A stretch of DNA of 63,686 nt, filler included, from Octopus bimaculoides (GCF_001194135.2; 6 parts of 6 records of this genome joined end to end with filler, not necessarily neighbours in it); one strand, 5' to 3'; shown: positions 12,251 to 23,906, counted from the whole stretch's first letter. The notes: generated by a model not told the origin, from the letters alone. Program-made: numbers and translations.

Positions 12251-12990
12251 NNNNNNNNNNNNNNNNNNNNNNNNNNNNNNNNNNNNNNNNNNNNNNNNNN
12301 NNNNNNNNNNNNNNNNNNNNNNNNNNNNNNNNNNNNNNNNNNNNNNNNNNNNNNNNNNNNNNNNNNNNNNNNNNNNNNNNNNNNNNNNNNNNNNNNNNNN
12401 NNNNNNNNNNNNNNNNNNNNNNNNNNNNNNNNNNNNNNNNNNNNNNNNNNNNNNNNNNNNNNNNNNNNNNNNNNNNNNNNNNNNNNNNNNNNNNNNNNNN
12501 NNNNNNNNNNNNNNNNNNNNNNNNNNNNNNNNNNNNNNNNNNNNNNNNNNNNNNNNNNNNNNNNNNNNNNNNNNNNNNNNNNNNNNNNNNNNNNNNNNNN
12601 NNNNNNNNNNNNNNNNNNNNNNNNNNNNNNNNNNNNNNNNNNNNNNNNNNNNNNNNNNNNNNNNNNNNNNNNNNNNNNNNNNNNNNNNNNNNNNNNNNNN
12701 NNNNNNNNNNNNNNNNNNNNNNNNNNNNNNNNNNNNNNNNNNNNNNNNNNNNNNNNNNNNNNNNNNNNNNNNNNNNNNNNNNNNNNNNNNNNNNNNNNNN
12801 NNNNNNNNNNNNNNNNNNNNNNNNNNNNNNNNNNNNNNNNNNNNNNNNNNNNNNNNNNNNNNNNNNNNNNNNNNNNNNNNNNNNNNNNNNNNNNNNNNNN
12901 NNNNNNNNNNNNNNNNNNNNNNNNNNNNNNNNNNNNNNNNNNNNNNNNNNNNNNNNNNNNNNNNNNNNNNNNNNNNNNNNNNNNNNNNNN

Positions 12991-13035
<45 letters not shown>

Positions 13036-13556
13036 TCTTTCTGTCTCTCTTTCTTTGTCTATCACTCTCTGTGTCTCTCTCAATTTCTTGCTGTATTAAT
13101 TTATGTTGATATACGTGTATGTTTGTGTGCGTGTGTGTATGCATTAACATACATGTATGCATTTCTCTCTCTATATATATGTGTGTGTGTGTGTGTGTCA
13201 GTTTGCTCTCTCTCATATACACTGTTTATCTTTCTATTTATCTGCTTGCCTATGTGTGGATGGATATATGTATTTATCATCATCTATGTCTGCCTCTGTG
13301 ACTGTCAACCCATATCGTGGTTGTCTGTCTGCCTGTGTGTGTGTGTGCGCGCGCGCAAGTTTGTGTGTGAGTGCATGCGTGTGTGTATGTGTGTGTGAGT
13401 GTGTGCATGTGCATTTACAAGTACAAATAAACTCTCACGCATGTAGCTGAGGCGTCTTAGTCACTTTACTGCACGTATCTGTATGCGCTTCATTACTGTT
13501 CATGCGTGTACGTGTATGTGTATGTCTACGATCGCACGCGCGCGTGTGTGTATGCA

Positions 13557-13595
<39 letters not shown>

Positions 13596-13760
13596 ATATG
13601 TGTGTGTATGCGTGTATGTGTGTTTGTGTGTGCGTGTGCTTGTCTGTGCGTGTGTGTCTGTGTGCGCGCATTCCATATGAATATGAGATTGTGTGCAGGT
13701 ATTCAAATGTTTACAGTACCTGCTATTCATGTATGTATGTATATTTTCATGTTTGTCTTT
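12040..13760. repeat. Compound (CA)/(TA)/(CT)/(TG) microsatellite field with a 740-N gap
   Basis: Directly visible. Gap at 12251-12990. Confidence 0.9.
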
Positions 13761-13777
13761 AATTATGATACATAAAT

Positions 13778-14144
13778 CAGGCACGTGCCGTTAGTAATTA
13801 CTCAGGGTAGGCAGTTAGTGACGTTTATGTAGTAAAACACACACAAAAAAAAAACAATAAGCGAAACACAGACGCGTGACTGAGTTGAAGGCAGATTTAC
13901 TTCTGCCTTTATAGTACGTAAAGAAAGCGTTGTTGCAGAAATGTACGCAGCACCTGTTCCACAGCAATATAATGTGTAGCTTTAATACTGGGATTGAAAG
14001 ACAGGAGCGAATTATGCCTACTTAATCTACAAAAAATATTTTATTGAATTAGGTGCATATTTTGCCATAAAAGGAAAATGTTTCTATGGATATATTCTAT
14101 TCAGGGTAGGCACTGCCTACTTTGCCTATCCAGGGGGCACGTCC

Positions 14145-14147
<3 letters not shown>
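13778..14147. mobile_element. hAT-like MITE (370 bp)
   Basis: TIRs CAGGCACGTGCC / CAGGGACGTGCC, subterminal GGGTAGGCA/TGCCTAC motifs, candidate 8-bp TSD ACATAAAT / ATATATAT (6 of 8 match). Confidence 0.6.
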
Positions 14148-14189
<42 letters not shown>

Positions 14190-14192
<3 letters not shown>

Positions 14193-14400
14193 TTCTTTCA
14201 GTCATTGAACTGCAGTCAAGGTGAGGGCACTGCCTTGAAGAGCTTAGTCAAATTGACGTCGTTACTTTTCCCTTTTTAAGTCTAGTATTAATTCTATTGG
14301 TCGCTTGAGCCGAACCGCTATGTTATGGGGAGATCAACAAGCCAATATCAGTTGTCAAGCAGAACGAAAGCGAATGCAGACACGCACTCACTTAGATACA
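14190..14400 (-). mobile_element. tRNA-headed bipartite SINE, 3' half
   Basis: Homologous to 28921-29130. Confidence 0.7.
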
Positions 14401-14466
14401 AAATTACATGCTTACTCACACATACACAGATACATAGACATACTTACATGCGTACAAACATACATA

Positions 14467-15346
14467 CAGGGTGCGATGGGTAAATTGTCGCCATTTTATA
14501 TTTTTAATTTCGCGCATGCACATTGTTTGTTTTTGATTTTATCAACTACATTGTATGGTAGGGTCAGTTGGGCACCGTCTGTGGAAAAAATAGCACCATG
14601 ACGCATTTCACTCTGCCAGAAATTTGGAAACGACATGCTGTACTGCTTGGCATTCGCGCCAGAAGCTCCAATACAAACATTTCAGTGTGTTTGGGTGTCA
14701 ATCTGAGGAGACTGTAATCATGTACCGAGAGTAATAAAAATCAAACATCCAGTCAACGTCATTGTGTTTGGGGGGATCACGAGTGATGGCGACATTATGC
14801 CTCATTCATCTTCCCACGCGGCCTCAGACTCAAAACGGAGGCTTACACCAAGTGCCCGGAGGAGGTAGTGCTGCCTGGGTCATGAGAGTGGCAGATAGAA
14901 GACCCTATGTCTAGCAACAGGACTCTGCACCATGCCACACAAGCAGGAAAACCTAGTCATGACTGTCAGATAATTTCTGCAACCACATCAACCCTAAAAT
15001 CTGGCCACTTATCTCCCCAGACTATAACCCTCTTGATTATTATGTGTGGGGCACAGTTGGGCAACAGACTGACAAAACTTGTAACACCAAAGATGAACGG
15101 AAGGCAAGGATTATAGAAGCATTCACCAACTTAAACAAGGAGCCCGTCCAGAAGAGTTGCAAGAGATTCCGAAATCGTCTGGAGGCTGTGGTTGAAACCA
15201 ATGGCGATTTTATAGAATGAATTCTCTCTTTAGTATTTCAAGATATTTTTATGTAAGTTTGGTAAATGCTTTTTCTGTTAAAATGAGATGTAAGTGACAT
15301 TTTCATTTTTGCGTAATCTAAACGACAGTTAATTCACCGCACCCTG
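14467..15346 (+). mobile_element. Internally deleted D,D37D (maT-type) Tc1/mariner element
   Basis: TIR CAGGGTGCGRTG at both ends with TA flanks. QQDSAPCH...SPDYNPLDYY has 37 residues between the Asp residues; ends RLEAVVETNGDFIE*. HTH and first Asp region missing. Confidence 0.9.
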
Positions 15347-15389
15347 TACAGACAGACAGACAGACAGACAGACATGCGTGTGTGAACAC

Positions 15390-15590
15390 ATATATGTCTC
15401 CTACTACTGCTTGACAACTAGTGTTGGTGTGTTTATGTCCCCATTTTTTAGCGGTTTAGCAAAAGAAGCCGATGGAATAAGTACTATGCTTTAAAATAAA
15501 TATTTGGATCGATCCGTTCGACTACAATTCTTCAAAGCGGTGCCACTGCATAGCTGCAGTCTAATGACTGAAAACGTAAAAGATGATATA
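15390..15590 (+). mobile_element. Bipartite SINE, 3' half
   Basis: CTTGACAAC..GGTGTGTTTATGTCCC..GAATAAGTACT..AATGACTGAAA matches the family 3' half. Confidence 0.7.
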
Positions 15591-15702
15591 TATATATATG
15601 TATGTTAAATTCAAATTACGACAAACGTAAATAAACAAACGACGTTTGCCTTTAGAAGCGTTGAGATGTCTTAGAAAGTTAAAGAAGTGATTTTAATTCT
15701 CA

Positions 15703-15920
15703 ATCGCAGAATAATGCTAATAATATAGCCAGAATAGGATAAACTACCCCTATTTTGCAGAAAAAAAGTGTAAGTGGCTAGCTGTGGACACGAACTCACA
15801 TCCCCGTGATTACGCGTCACGATGCTTTGACCGATTAAGCTAAACTACCCACTACAAATTCATCTGCAAATTAAGATATATAAATCTCGCTAGGCTATAT
15901 TATTAGCATTATTTTGCGAT
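15703..15920. mobile_element. Foldback element with tRNA-like core
   Basis: 28-bp inverted termini (27/28 identical) at 15703-15730 and 15893-15920, with weaker inverted similarity continuing inward. Confidence 0.7.
15775..15850 (-). pseudogene. tRNA-like sequence (Thr-CGT-like), probably non-functional
   Basis: GGGTAGTTTAGCTTAATCGGTCAAAGCATCGTGACGCGTAATCACGGGGATGTGAGTTCGTGTCCACAGCTAGCCA. D-stem GCTT/AAGC, anticodon stem CGTGA/TCACG with CGT anticodon, GTTCG T-loop. U33 is replaced by G and there are stem mismatches. Confidence 0.6.
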
Positions 15921-16050
15921 CTTCGGTCTACCAGATTCAAAGAGAAGCCGTTGGTCACCCCGACACTATAATAGAAGACACTTTCTCAAGATGGAGCGCA
16001 ATGGGACTGAACCCAAAACGATATTGTTGTGATGGAAATTTCTTAATTCT
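15921..16050 (-). mobile_element. Bipartite SINE, 5' half (diverged)
   Basis: GTCTACCAGAT..TAGAAGACACTT..GGGACTGAACCC matches the family head. Confidence 0.65.
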
Positions 16051-16149
16051 TTGAATTCATCATACAGAAGAGCCAGGCGTCGTACTTAGAAACAAATTTC
16101 CTTCTATATAATTCATTATAGAATTTAGACAAGCACAAAAACACTGTAA

Positions 16150-17100
16150 AAAGACATACGCTAAACTTTATAAAATTCTTGAACATTTTCATTGTTCCAC
16201 TGGAAAATTAGAGTAAGTGCTAGCTGTTATGTTCTTTTACCTCGTGATCCATCTACCTTTTCCAGATTATTACTTTAGCACGTTCATCAAATAGTTGAGA
16301 TATAAATGTAAATAAATATATAACTTAGATTGGCAATCTGCAGGTTTCGGAGTAATTGACCATAAATATTTTCTCTTTCTCACTGATTTTGAATGAAATG
16401 TTTACATACATTGAGCAATTGACTTCCCTAACAGGGATTTAATTTCCCATCCCCAACTTATGTCAGGCCTGATGTATTTTGAGCTTAATAAAAGTTTTGA
16501 TGAGGATATTCCGATAATATCCTTTATATTGGATTGTACGCATTGTATGTATATACCCAATGACAAATATTGCTTCCATGGCCATTCTTCCTTCGTATGG
16601 CATTTAATATTGTTGTAGCAACCACGTCATGCCGCATTGGAAGATAAAGCCTTTATGACACTTAGGGCAGCTGTGTTTATCACATGTGCAATGTCTATCA
16701 CATATGTGTATAATATAATCGATATTATCTGTTTCATTTAGAGGGATTTAGGAGATTCACTGTTTTGAAGTGTTTTTCAACAGGACTGCGTAGTTATCTT
16801 TTGCTCTTGGACTGCAAAAAACGTTAACTCCAAACTCTGACATGATGTCAGTAAAGATATCTAGTCTAAGAGGACTGTGTTTAAAGTCAATATAAGCTGT
16901 GTCCTCAAGTTTCTAAGAAACAATGCCATGCATAATATATTGTTGGCATTCAGGATATTTTTCCCAAGTTTCTTGTCGAAAAAGGTTCTTCAAAGAGTTC
17001 TGGGTTCGCATGGAACATCTTCGAGAACCAAATGCTTCTTGAGGAATTTATTACCAACTCCCAGGGGGCTGTTTTCATCACTTTTGTTATTGCAGCAGTT
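16150..17100 (-). mobile_element. Older RLE non-LTR retrotransposon fragment
   Basis: Minus strand MHGIVS*KLED.., AVQEQKIT, CPK..RLYLPMRHDVVAT, ENIYGQLLRNLQI, SGTMKMFKNFIKF. Left boundary is firmer than the right. Confidence 0.75.
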
Positions 17101-17474
17101 ATTTAGATGTTGCTGCCATACTGATAAAATATGGGACTGAAAAACTGAAAAACTATCTGAATTGATTCTGAACCACTTCTCTTGTCTTTTCTTCTTAAAA
17201 AAAAGCCGTAGATTTCATTATCTTTGTCAGCGTTTCCAGTTATGATCCTACTGTTTTTTTATATCATCTGACCGGGTTGTTTTTCTATAGCCTCATCGCA
17301 GATGAAGACTATTGTGACCAGCACTGGTACAGCAAAAGCATTATGAGATACTGTCATTTAAGAGGAAAATCTTGATGCCATATATTTTAAAGTGTCATGC
17401 AATATTCCTTGGCTACTAAAATTTCTGAATGTACTGGTAATAATCGAAAGAAATTTATTCGAACTACATTGCTT

Positions 17475-17577
17475 ATGAAAATTTGGAATGTCCGTACACT
17501 GGTTGGTGGAAGAGCAACCGTGTGCGACAGACCGGAAAGAAGATCAGCCCTTGCAGGATTAGAACTCCAACGATATA

Positions 17578-17657
<80 letters not shown>

Positions 17658-19155
17658 CCACTTGCTGCTGACTGAGTACACTATCTATCTTAAATTCTCG
17701 CTTCTGTTAGTTGAGTAGACTAGAGCAACGTGAAATAAAATGTCTTTCTTAAGAGTAGAACGCGCCTCACAGATATAAGTGAGATACAACTACCTCATAA
17801 ATGACAAAGGACAGAAATCGGAATCAACTACATGCTCTTTTACAAAGGGAGGCCACGTGAAGATTGAAAGCTGCGTCGAGTTAGATTTGCCATAAAGATT
17901 TTCATTATGAAACAACATCGTTCTGCTGCAAAGAATCACATTACTGTCGTCAGTGCATACGTTCCAACACTGGATTCCGATAAAGAGTTCAGAGGATATT
18001 TTTTGCGAATATCTTAATTAATCACTTCATTCGGTCCCCAAACGTGACAAACTTTACATAATGGAGGACTTAAGCGCAAGAATTAAGAAAAATTTATCCT
18101 CTTCGAGAGAATATATTGAGGAAAGGAGTCGGCAATTTCATCTCAATTGGTCTTGTATTGCTGGGTCTTTGTTCTGAGCATAATTTTGTTATGAATAATA
18201 CCTTTCCCAGACTCAAAGATAAATACAAAATATCTTTGAAGCACCCGAGATCGAATCATTAGCAGCTCATCGACTATGTCATCACCAGAGCCACAGATAG
18301 ATCAAACGTTCATATCATTAGAGCCATGAAAGTCACCGACAAGTGTAGGATGAATCAGTGATTGGTTATCTGAAAGTCAACATCAAAGTGAAACTGAAAC
18401 TGAATTGCTAGTAATGTCTCACCAAGAAAGAAGATCAATATCGAATTTCTTCGTAACCCTAATCACCGCGCTGCATTCGGAAACCGTATCTCTGAAGAAC
18501 TTCAATAACATGCACCCTATCCTCACAAGAATATATCGAAAAACACTGGATCAACCTAAACTAACCAAAGTTGCAGCAGTTCATCGAACTTACCAAAGAC
18601 ACCAGTTTGATGAAAACGATTCTAAAATTATATTACTCATCATCTGGAAAAGACATACTTCACTTGCTTCAGACATTGAGCAACCTTCAATTACCGAAAA
18701 TAGAAAGATACAAAACTTTCATATACAAAGTCCAAACCACGACTCGCGAATTTCACAACGATTGGTGGATTCTAATATTACATTGACCAAAGATACACGA
18801 GAAACTTTATGCATCACTCAAAATCATCTTTGGCCCCTCCTCCGTCTACTGTAATTCCACTCAAGTCAACAGATGGATCAACAGACGAAAAACATGAATC
18901 TGCTATTCTTAGCAGTAAGACAGAACATTTTCAACTCCTTCTCAATCGTCCAATTTACGTCATCACTGCCACCATTGACTGAATTCCTATTCCCCAACAC
19001 TTATTGAGGTTCCAACAGTCATAAGTAAAATAAAGAATAACAAATCTCCTGAGCCAGACAAAATTTCTGTAGAAACTTTCAAGGTGAGCAATTACTGAGT
19101 AGTCGATGGCATCATCTCTTTCTTTTTCATCCAGGAGCGACAAGTTCCTTCTCAC
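17475..19155 (+). mobile_element. RTE-clade LINE 5' part (APE endonuclease + linker), decayed
   Basis: MKIWNVRTL..DRPERRSALAGLELQRYNV, SE..L, VVSAYVPTL, GVGN, LLGLCSEH, KHPRSNH*QLIDYVI, EHFQLLLNRP. Many stops and frameshifts. Confidence 0.9.
17581..17771 (-). mobile_element. Headless SINE copy with (TG)n tail inserted in the RTE endonuclease
   Basis: About 90% identical by eye to 19523-19640 in inverted orientation. Interrupts the RYNV..SE motif. Confidence 0.75.
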
Positions 19156-19159
19156 ATTA

Positions 19160-19378
19160 ATGATGCACTTAACGTAGTTTTCAGTGAAATTCAGCGTGAC
19201 ATAGAATATGGAAAGGCTGGTACTTTGAATTACAGATACAACTCATTTTTGCCAGTTGAGTGGACTGGAGCAACGTGAAATAAAGTGCCTTGCTCAAGGA
19301 CACAACGCATCGCTGGGAATTGAACTCACGACCTTACGATCGTGAGCCGAATACCTTACCTAATAAGCCATGTGCCTT
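19160..19378 (-). mobile_element. tRNA-headed SINE
   Basis: A-box/B-box head (TGGCTTATTAGG..GAGTTCAATTCC), GTGTCCTTGAGCAAG core, 3' module shared with 27110-27492. Confidence 0.8.
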
Positions 19379-19454
19379 CACAATTCATGTTATAGAAGCC
19401 ATCATATAACCATTGGATTCGCAAAGAGAAAACCAGCGAGTGAATAAAAACTGA

Positions 19455-19650
19455 GAAGGTGCGTGGTCTAGTGGTAAAGCAACCGAACACTAGGTCGTAC
19501 GATTAAAGGTTCAATTCCCGGTCTGAGAGGCGCGTTCTACTCTCAAGCAACACATTTTATTTCACGTTGCTCCAGTCTACTCAACTAACAGAAGCGAGAA
19601 TTTAAGACAGGCAGTGTACTCAGTCAGCATCAAGTGGCTACACACACACA
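19455..19650 (+). mobile_element. tRNA-headed SINE with (CA)n tail
   Basis: TGGTCTAGTGG A-box, GGTTCAATTCC B-box, TTTATTTCACGTTGCTCCAGTC core. Confidence 0.75.
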
Positions 19651-20007
19651 NNNNNNNNNNNNNNNNNNNNNNNNNNNNNNNNNNNNNNNNNNNNNNNNNN
19701 NNNNNNNNNNNNNNNNNNNNNNNNNNNNNNNNNNNNNNNNNNNNNNNNNNNNNNNNNNNNNNNNNNNNNNNNNNNNNNNNNNNNNNNNNNNNNNNNNNNN
19801 NNNNNNNNNNNNNNNNNNNNNNNNNNNNNNNNNNNNNNNNNNNNNNNNNNNNNNNNNNNNNNTATATATACATATAAATAAGGATAAGATCGATATTTAA
19901 AATATTGATTTTATCAAGTGGCCAGCATGGGAATAAAAACCATCAAAGGTAACAATTATTTAAAATTATAATATAGGGTATCTAAGAGATACCGCCACGT
20001 ATGTTTA

Positions 20008-20225
20008 TCTATACTATATATAAAACAGAGATGTGTGTGTAATCGCTTTTCACGTGAAATCGACTTCACCAAATGCTTCCATACTTGTAATGCATGAATA
20101 ATTTGCCCTCGGATAATTCTTAGGCTCTTCATTTGATTTTTTTAATTAAAAAAATCAAATGAAGAGCCTAAGAATTATCCGAGGGCAAATTATTCATGCA
20201 TTACAAGTATGGAAGCATTTGGTGA
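20008..20225 (+). mobile_element. Possible Helitron-like 5' end folded into a perfect palindrome
   Basis: Starts A|TCTATACTATATATAAAA. 20066-20225 is a perfect 160-bp palindrome ending at a gap. Confidence 0.35.
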
Positions 20226-20325
20226 NNNNNNNNNNNNNNNNNNNNNNNNNNNNNNNNNNNNNNNNNNNNTTAATTAATTAANNNNNNNNNNNNNNNNNNN
20301 NNNNNNNNNNNNNNNNNNNNNNNNN
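20226..20325. other. Assembly join spacer
   Basis: 44 N + TTAATTAATTAA + 44 N. Confidence 0.95.
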
Positions 20326-20357
20326 TCTATTTTGCATGAATTCCTTCCACGAGAACG

Positions 20358-20401
<44 letters not shown>

Positions 20402-20428
20402 GTGTGCGTGTGTGTGAGTGTGTGTGTG

Positions 20429-20461
<33 letters not shown>

Positions 20462-20792
20462 AAGTGCTGTGGTGTATGTGTCTTTATGTCTGTCTCACAC
20501 TCAAATCAACAGATAATCACATTTCATTCCATATTTCTCTTGAAAGTATTAAAAACACAAACCTATGGATTATTAACTTGCGTCTCCTGCTGATAAAAAC
20601 AGTCTTCGTCAATATTTTTGTTGCTCGAAGAAAAAGATGGGAAGTATTTAATCAAATGTCACCTCACAAATTTATATGTCAGGCGTACAAGTACCAATTT
20701 TTATACTCGTTGAAACGAAATGCTCAAATATTAATAGTCACTCGTTTATAAGTATTTTTAGTACTTGCGGCAAAATTGAAACCACTATTATT

Positions 20793-20833
<41 letters not shown>

Positions 20834-20848
20834 CGTTATCTTCATCAC

Positions 20849-20880
<32 letters not shown>

Positions 20881-20887
20881 ACATCAT

Positions 20888-21095
20888 AAAGGTGATGAGC
20901 TTGTAGAATCGTTAGAGAGTCGGAGAAATTGCATAGCCGCAGTTCATTTGGGTCTTTACTTTGTGAGCTCAAATTCCGTCGGGATTAACTTTGCCTTTCA
21001 TTCTTTCGGGGCCGATTAAAGGAAGCATAATCAAATAAGTGGTCAGATATAATCGACTTATCACCTCAAAATTGCTGACCTGCCACAATTAGAAA
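20888..21095 (+). mobile_element. Meta-like tRNA-headed SINE
   Basis: GGTGATGAGCTTGTAGAATCGTTAG..GCTCAAATTCCG..GCCTTTCATTCTTTCGGGG. Confidence 0.7.
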
Positions 21096-21979
21096 GAATT
21101 ATATTTATGTGTCACGTCTTCCTACTTCGCACATAAATATCTCGTAAACTCTTGCACTCTTTTTAAGTAATTTATATCCTTCGTTGTCGCATTTTATTAT
21201 TAAGCCAACGAGCATCTTCATATATTTGATGGCTTCGTTGAACGTTCTTCCATTTAAAGTTTCAAAAGAGAGTTTACATATTGAAGAAACATCTTAACTC
21301 GAGGGAGGAGAGCTATTATAAAATTAGCTTCTCATTTCTACCAAAATTGAACAGAAAAGTGAATGTATTGCGGCCGCCACGTGGTAGTAATGTGCAATGT
21401 TGGCATCAGAAGTAGTTCGTCACTCTTTAGAATAGTTAAGTTTTTCTTAGTTTTCTTTTCAATTAGAATTCTCACTTTAACTGTGCCAAAACATCTTCCT
21501 CTAGTGACATAGGAACGTGATTATATCCATAATATGCAGTATGAATGCAAGCAAGGAAGGATACCTGCTCAACAAGCTCTCGTCGGTAGGTATAGTTGTG
21601 GGGGCCAATAGAGAGACTAGAGCTTCCAAACCACAAGTTATCATACCCATTTTCGGTGGATACAAAACTTACGACGAGGAACGAGCGGCAGAATTGCGGT
21701 GTCGTCTCGCAAAGGTCTAGATCTCTCAATATTAAACAAGGCTAATCAGAGTAATAAAAACCAATCACTATAATTAAGGACATTACCAAGTAAAAGATAA
21801 TGCTATGAAACTGGATAGACAAGTAACCCTGAAGGGAATTTAGGATGAGAAAACCTCTGAAATCCTTACACAACCAAATTGAAAACCATTGAACGGAATA
21901 AAAAGAAACGCATCAAAGAGTATCGTTCGGAAGCGAAGAATTTTTAAAACGAAAGCTCTATCTCAATATATCATGGAAG

Positions 21980-22195
21980 CGAAGGCGGTGAGCTGGCAGA
22001 AACTTTAGCATGCCGGACGAAATGCTTGGTGGTATTTCGTGTACCCTTATGTTCTGAGTTCAAAATCCGCCGAGGTCGACTTTGCTTTAATCCTTTCGAG
22101 GGTCGATAAATTAAGTACCATTTGCGTACTGGGGTGGATCTAATCGACTGGACCCCTCACCAAATATTTCGGGCCTTGTGCCTAGAGTAGAAGAG
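21980..22195 (+). mobile_element. Meta-like tRNA-headed SINE
   Basis: GGCGGTGAGCTGGCAGAA head, GAGTTCAAAATCC B-box, TCCTTTCGAGGGTCGATAAATTAAGTACCA core resembling the MetaSINE domain (family name from memory, unverified). Confidence 0.8.
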
Positions 22196-23530
22196 AATAT
22201 ATTATGGCAGCTTCTAACAGCAATTTCTTCCAACAAAACATCCATCTATGCGCAATACAAAGTATTACGTATTGAACAGAAGGAGTACATGAAATGCGCA
22301 AAGGCAACAAAAACCTTCTGCTTACATAACCATAAAGCAACAATAACCATAGAGGAAAAAAAATCTCAAAATATGCTAATCCAGCGTATTCGAAATAATA
22401 GTTCCTCACTTGATTCGGTTGACCGAATATCATGTGCACTTCGTGGTCGTATATAAAACTGCTTGAATGCACCCGACAAGGGTATAATAACTATTAAGTC
22501 TATATCTTCGGATATGATGTGGATATGCATGTGATCTGAGATTAATTTATCTGTTATGAAACGATTCTTGACGTTATGAAGTTAAAGGCTTTTCGCTCAG
22601 ACTAGGACTAACGAGGCCGGGGGGGGGGGGGCTATTTATTAGTCATGCTGGACATCTCACAAAATATCGTTAAATGATAGTAAGTGTAAGTAAAATTCTA
22701 CTAATATTCCGTATTAAACAAACGAGAAATTTCGATTTTGAATTGATCCCAAATGTCACTGGAAATGTTCCATTCGCTGTCCTCTATTAGAAAAGATTTT
22801 ACCATATGCAATTTTTCCTTTAACTCTCTGTCGACCAAAGCATTTTTCATTTTGGTGTAGATTTCTATACTCCAGTTATATTTGGCTGTATCTTGTCTGC
22901 TCCGTCTGCTCAGTGTTTTCCATTTTCAAACTGTTTAATTGAGAAGTCAGCCTCCTCCTTGTAACTGCTTTTGTTGTTGCTGTTGTTGCTGCCGCTGTTA
23001 TTATGGTCTTCGTTGCATGATTTTGTTGTCTCTTTTCTGAATATGTTGTAATTGTTGCTTACGATCTGGCTCTTGTTTACAAAATACTTTATGAAATTAA
23101 TAAAGATTTATTTCGTTGCTCTAATCGTTGTTGTGGCATGTATTGATTGACATAATCGTTACTGTCTTCACATATGAACACTTTCGCAACAAACTTTCTA
23201 GTTTTGGGGGTTGGTCGATTTGTTCCCGCTCAAAACATCAACGCATACCATCCATGACGAAACATTTCACATGTTTACCACATAACTTTCCTCGGCGAAA
23301 CCTTTTCGTTTCAAAACTATCCTTTTCCACTTTACCAGTATTAACAAACAGGAGATATTTTTTTCTGATAGTAAGTCTTTTAATGCCAACGTCTATAATT
23401 ACTGGAACACCTAAGTGAGCGTGAATTCACTATCTTTCCTATGTCTGAAATTCCATAACGAAACTTTGCCTAGAATTTTAAATAGTGATTAATGCGACAT
23501 ACGTAATTGTAATGTGTTCATCTCAATTCT

Positions 23531-23674
23531 CCGCCCCGTGGACTCTAGAGTAGATTTTATCTTGATGGCCCTGCAGATTGGCGCGTGGGGATAATGACGT
23601 GCCCTTTTGCGTCTCTTCCATAAAACAAAAAACCCAGTTTAGTTCAGAAATATGATGAGGTTTCTGAAGGGCGG
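23531..23674. promoter_or_regulatory. Candidate proximal promoter motif cluster
   Basis: CCGCCC (23531), ATTGG (23577), TGACGT (23595) and GGGCGG (23669) in apparently non-repeat, CpG-containing sequence. Confidence 0.3.
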
Positions 23675-23906
23675 TCCATATTATCTAAAAATAAGAGAAA
23701 TATCGGGGAACGGTGTGGCAGGGTACCTGTGACAAACCACTACATCTCCTCAATAATTTATCTTTTCTCGAGTTGAGCATGGGTATTTTGAAGTTGTCCA
23801 TAATCTATGCACTGGTAATACGGAGACACACACTGCTTAGTTACTTCTCATTATTCCATATAAGACCCTCACTCCCGTCCAATATCGACAGTCTATAGAA
23901 TACATG

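Noticed and set aside
15775-15850. Functional tRNA-Thr gene
   Set aside because: G at position 33, acceptor and T-stem mismatches, no oligo-T terminator, and embedded in an inverted-repeat element.
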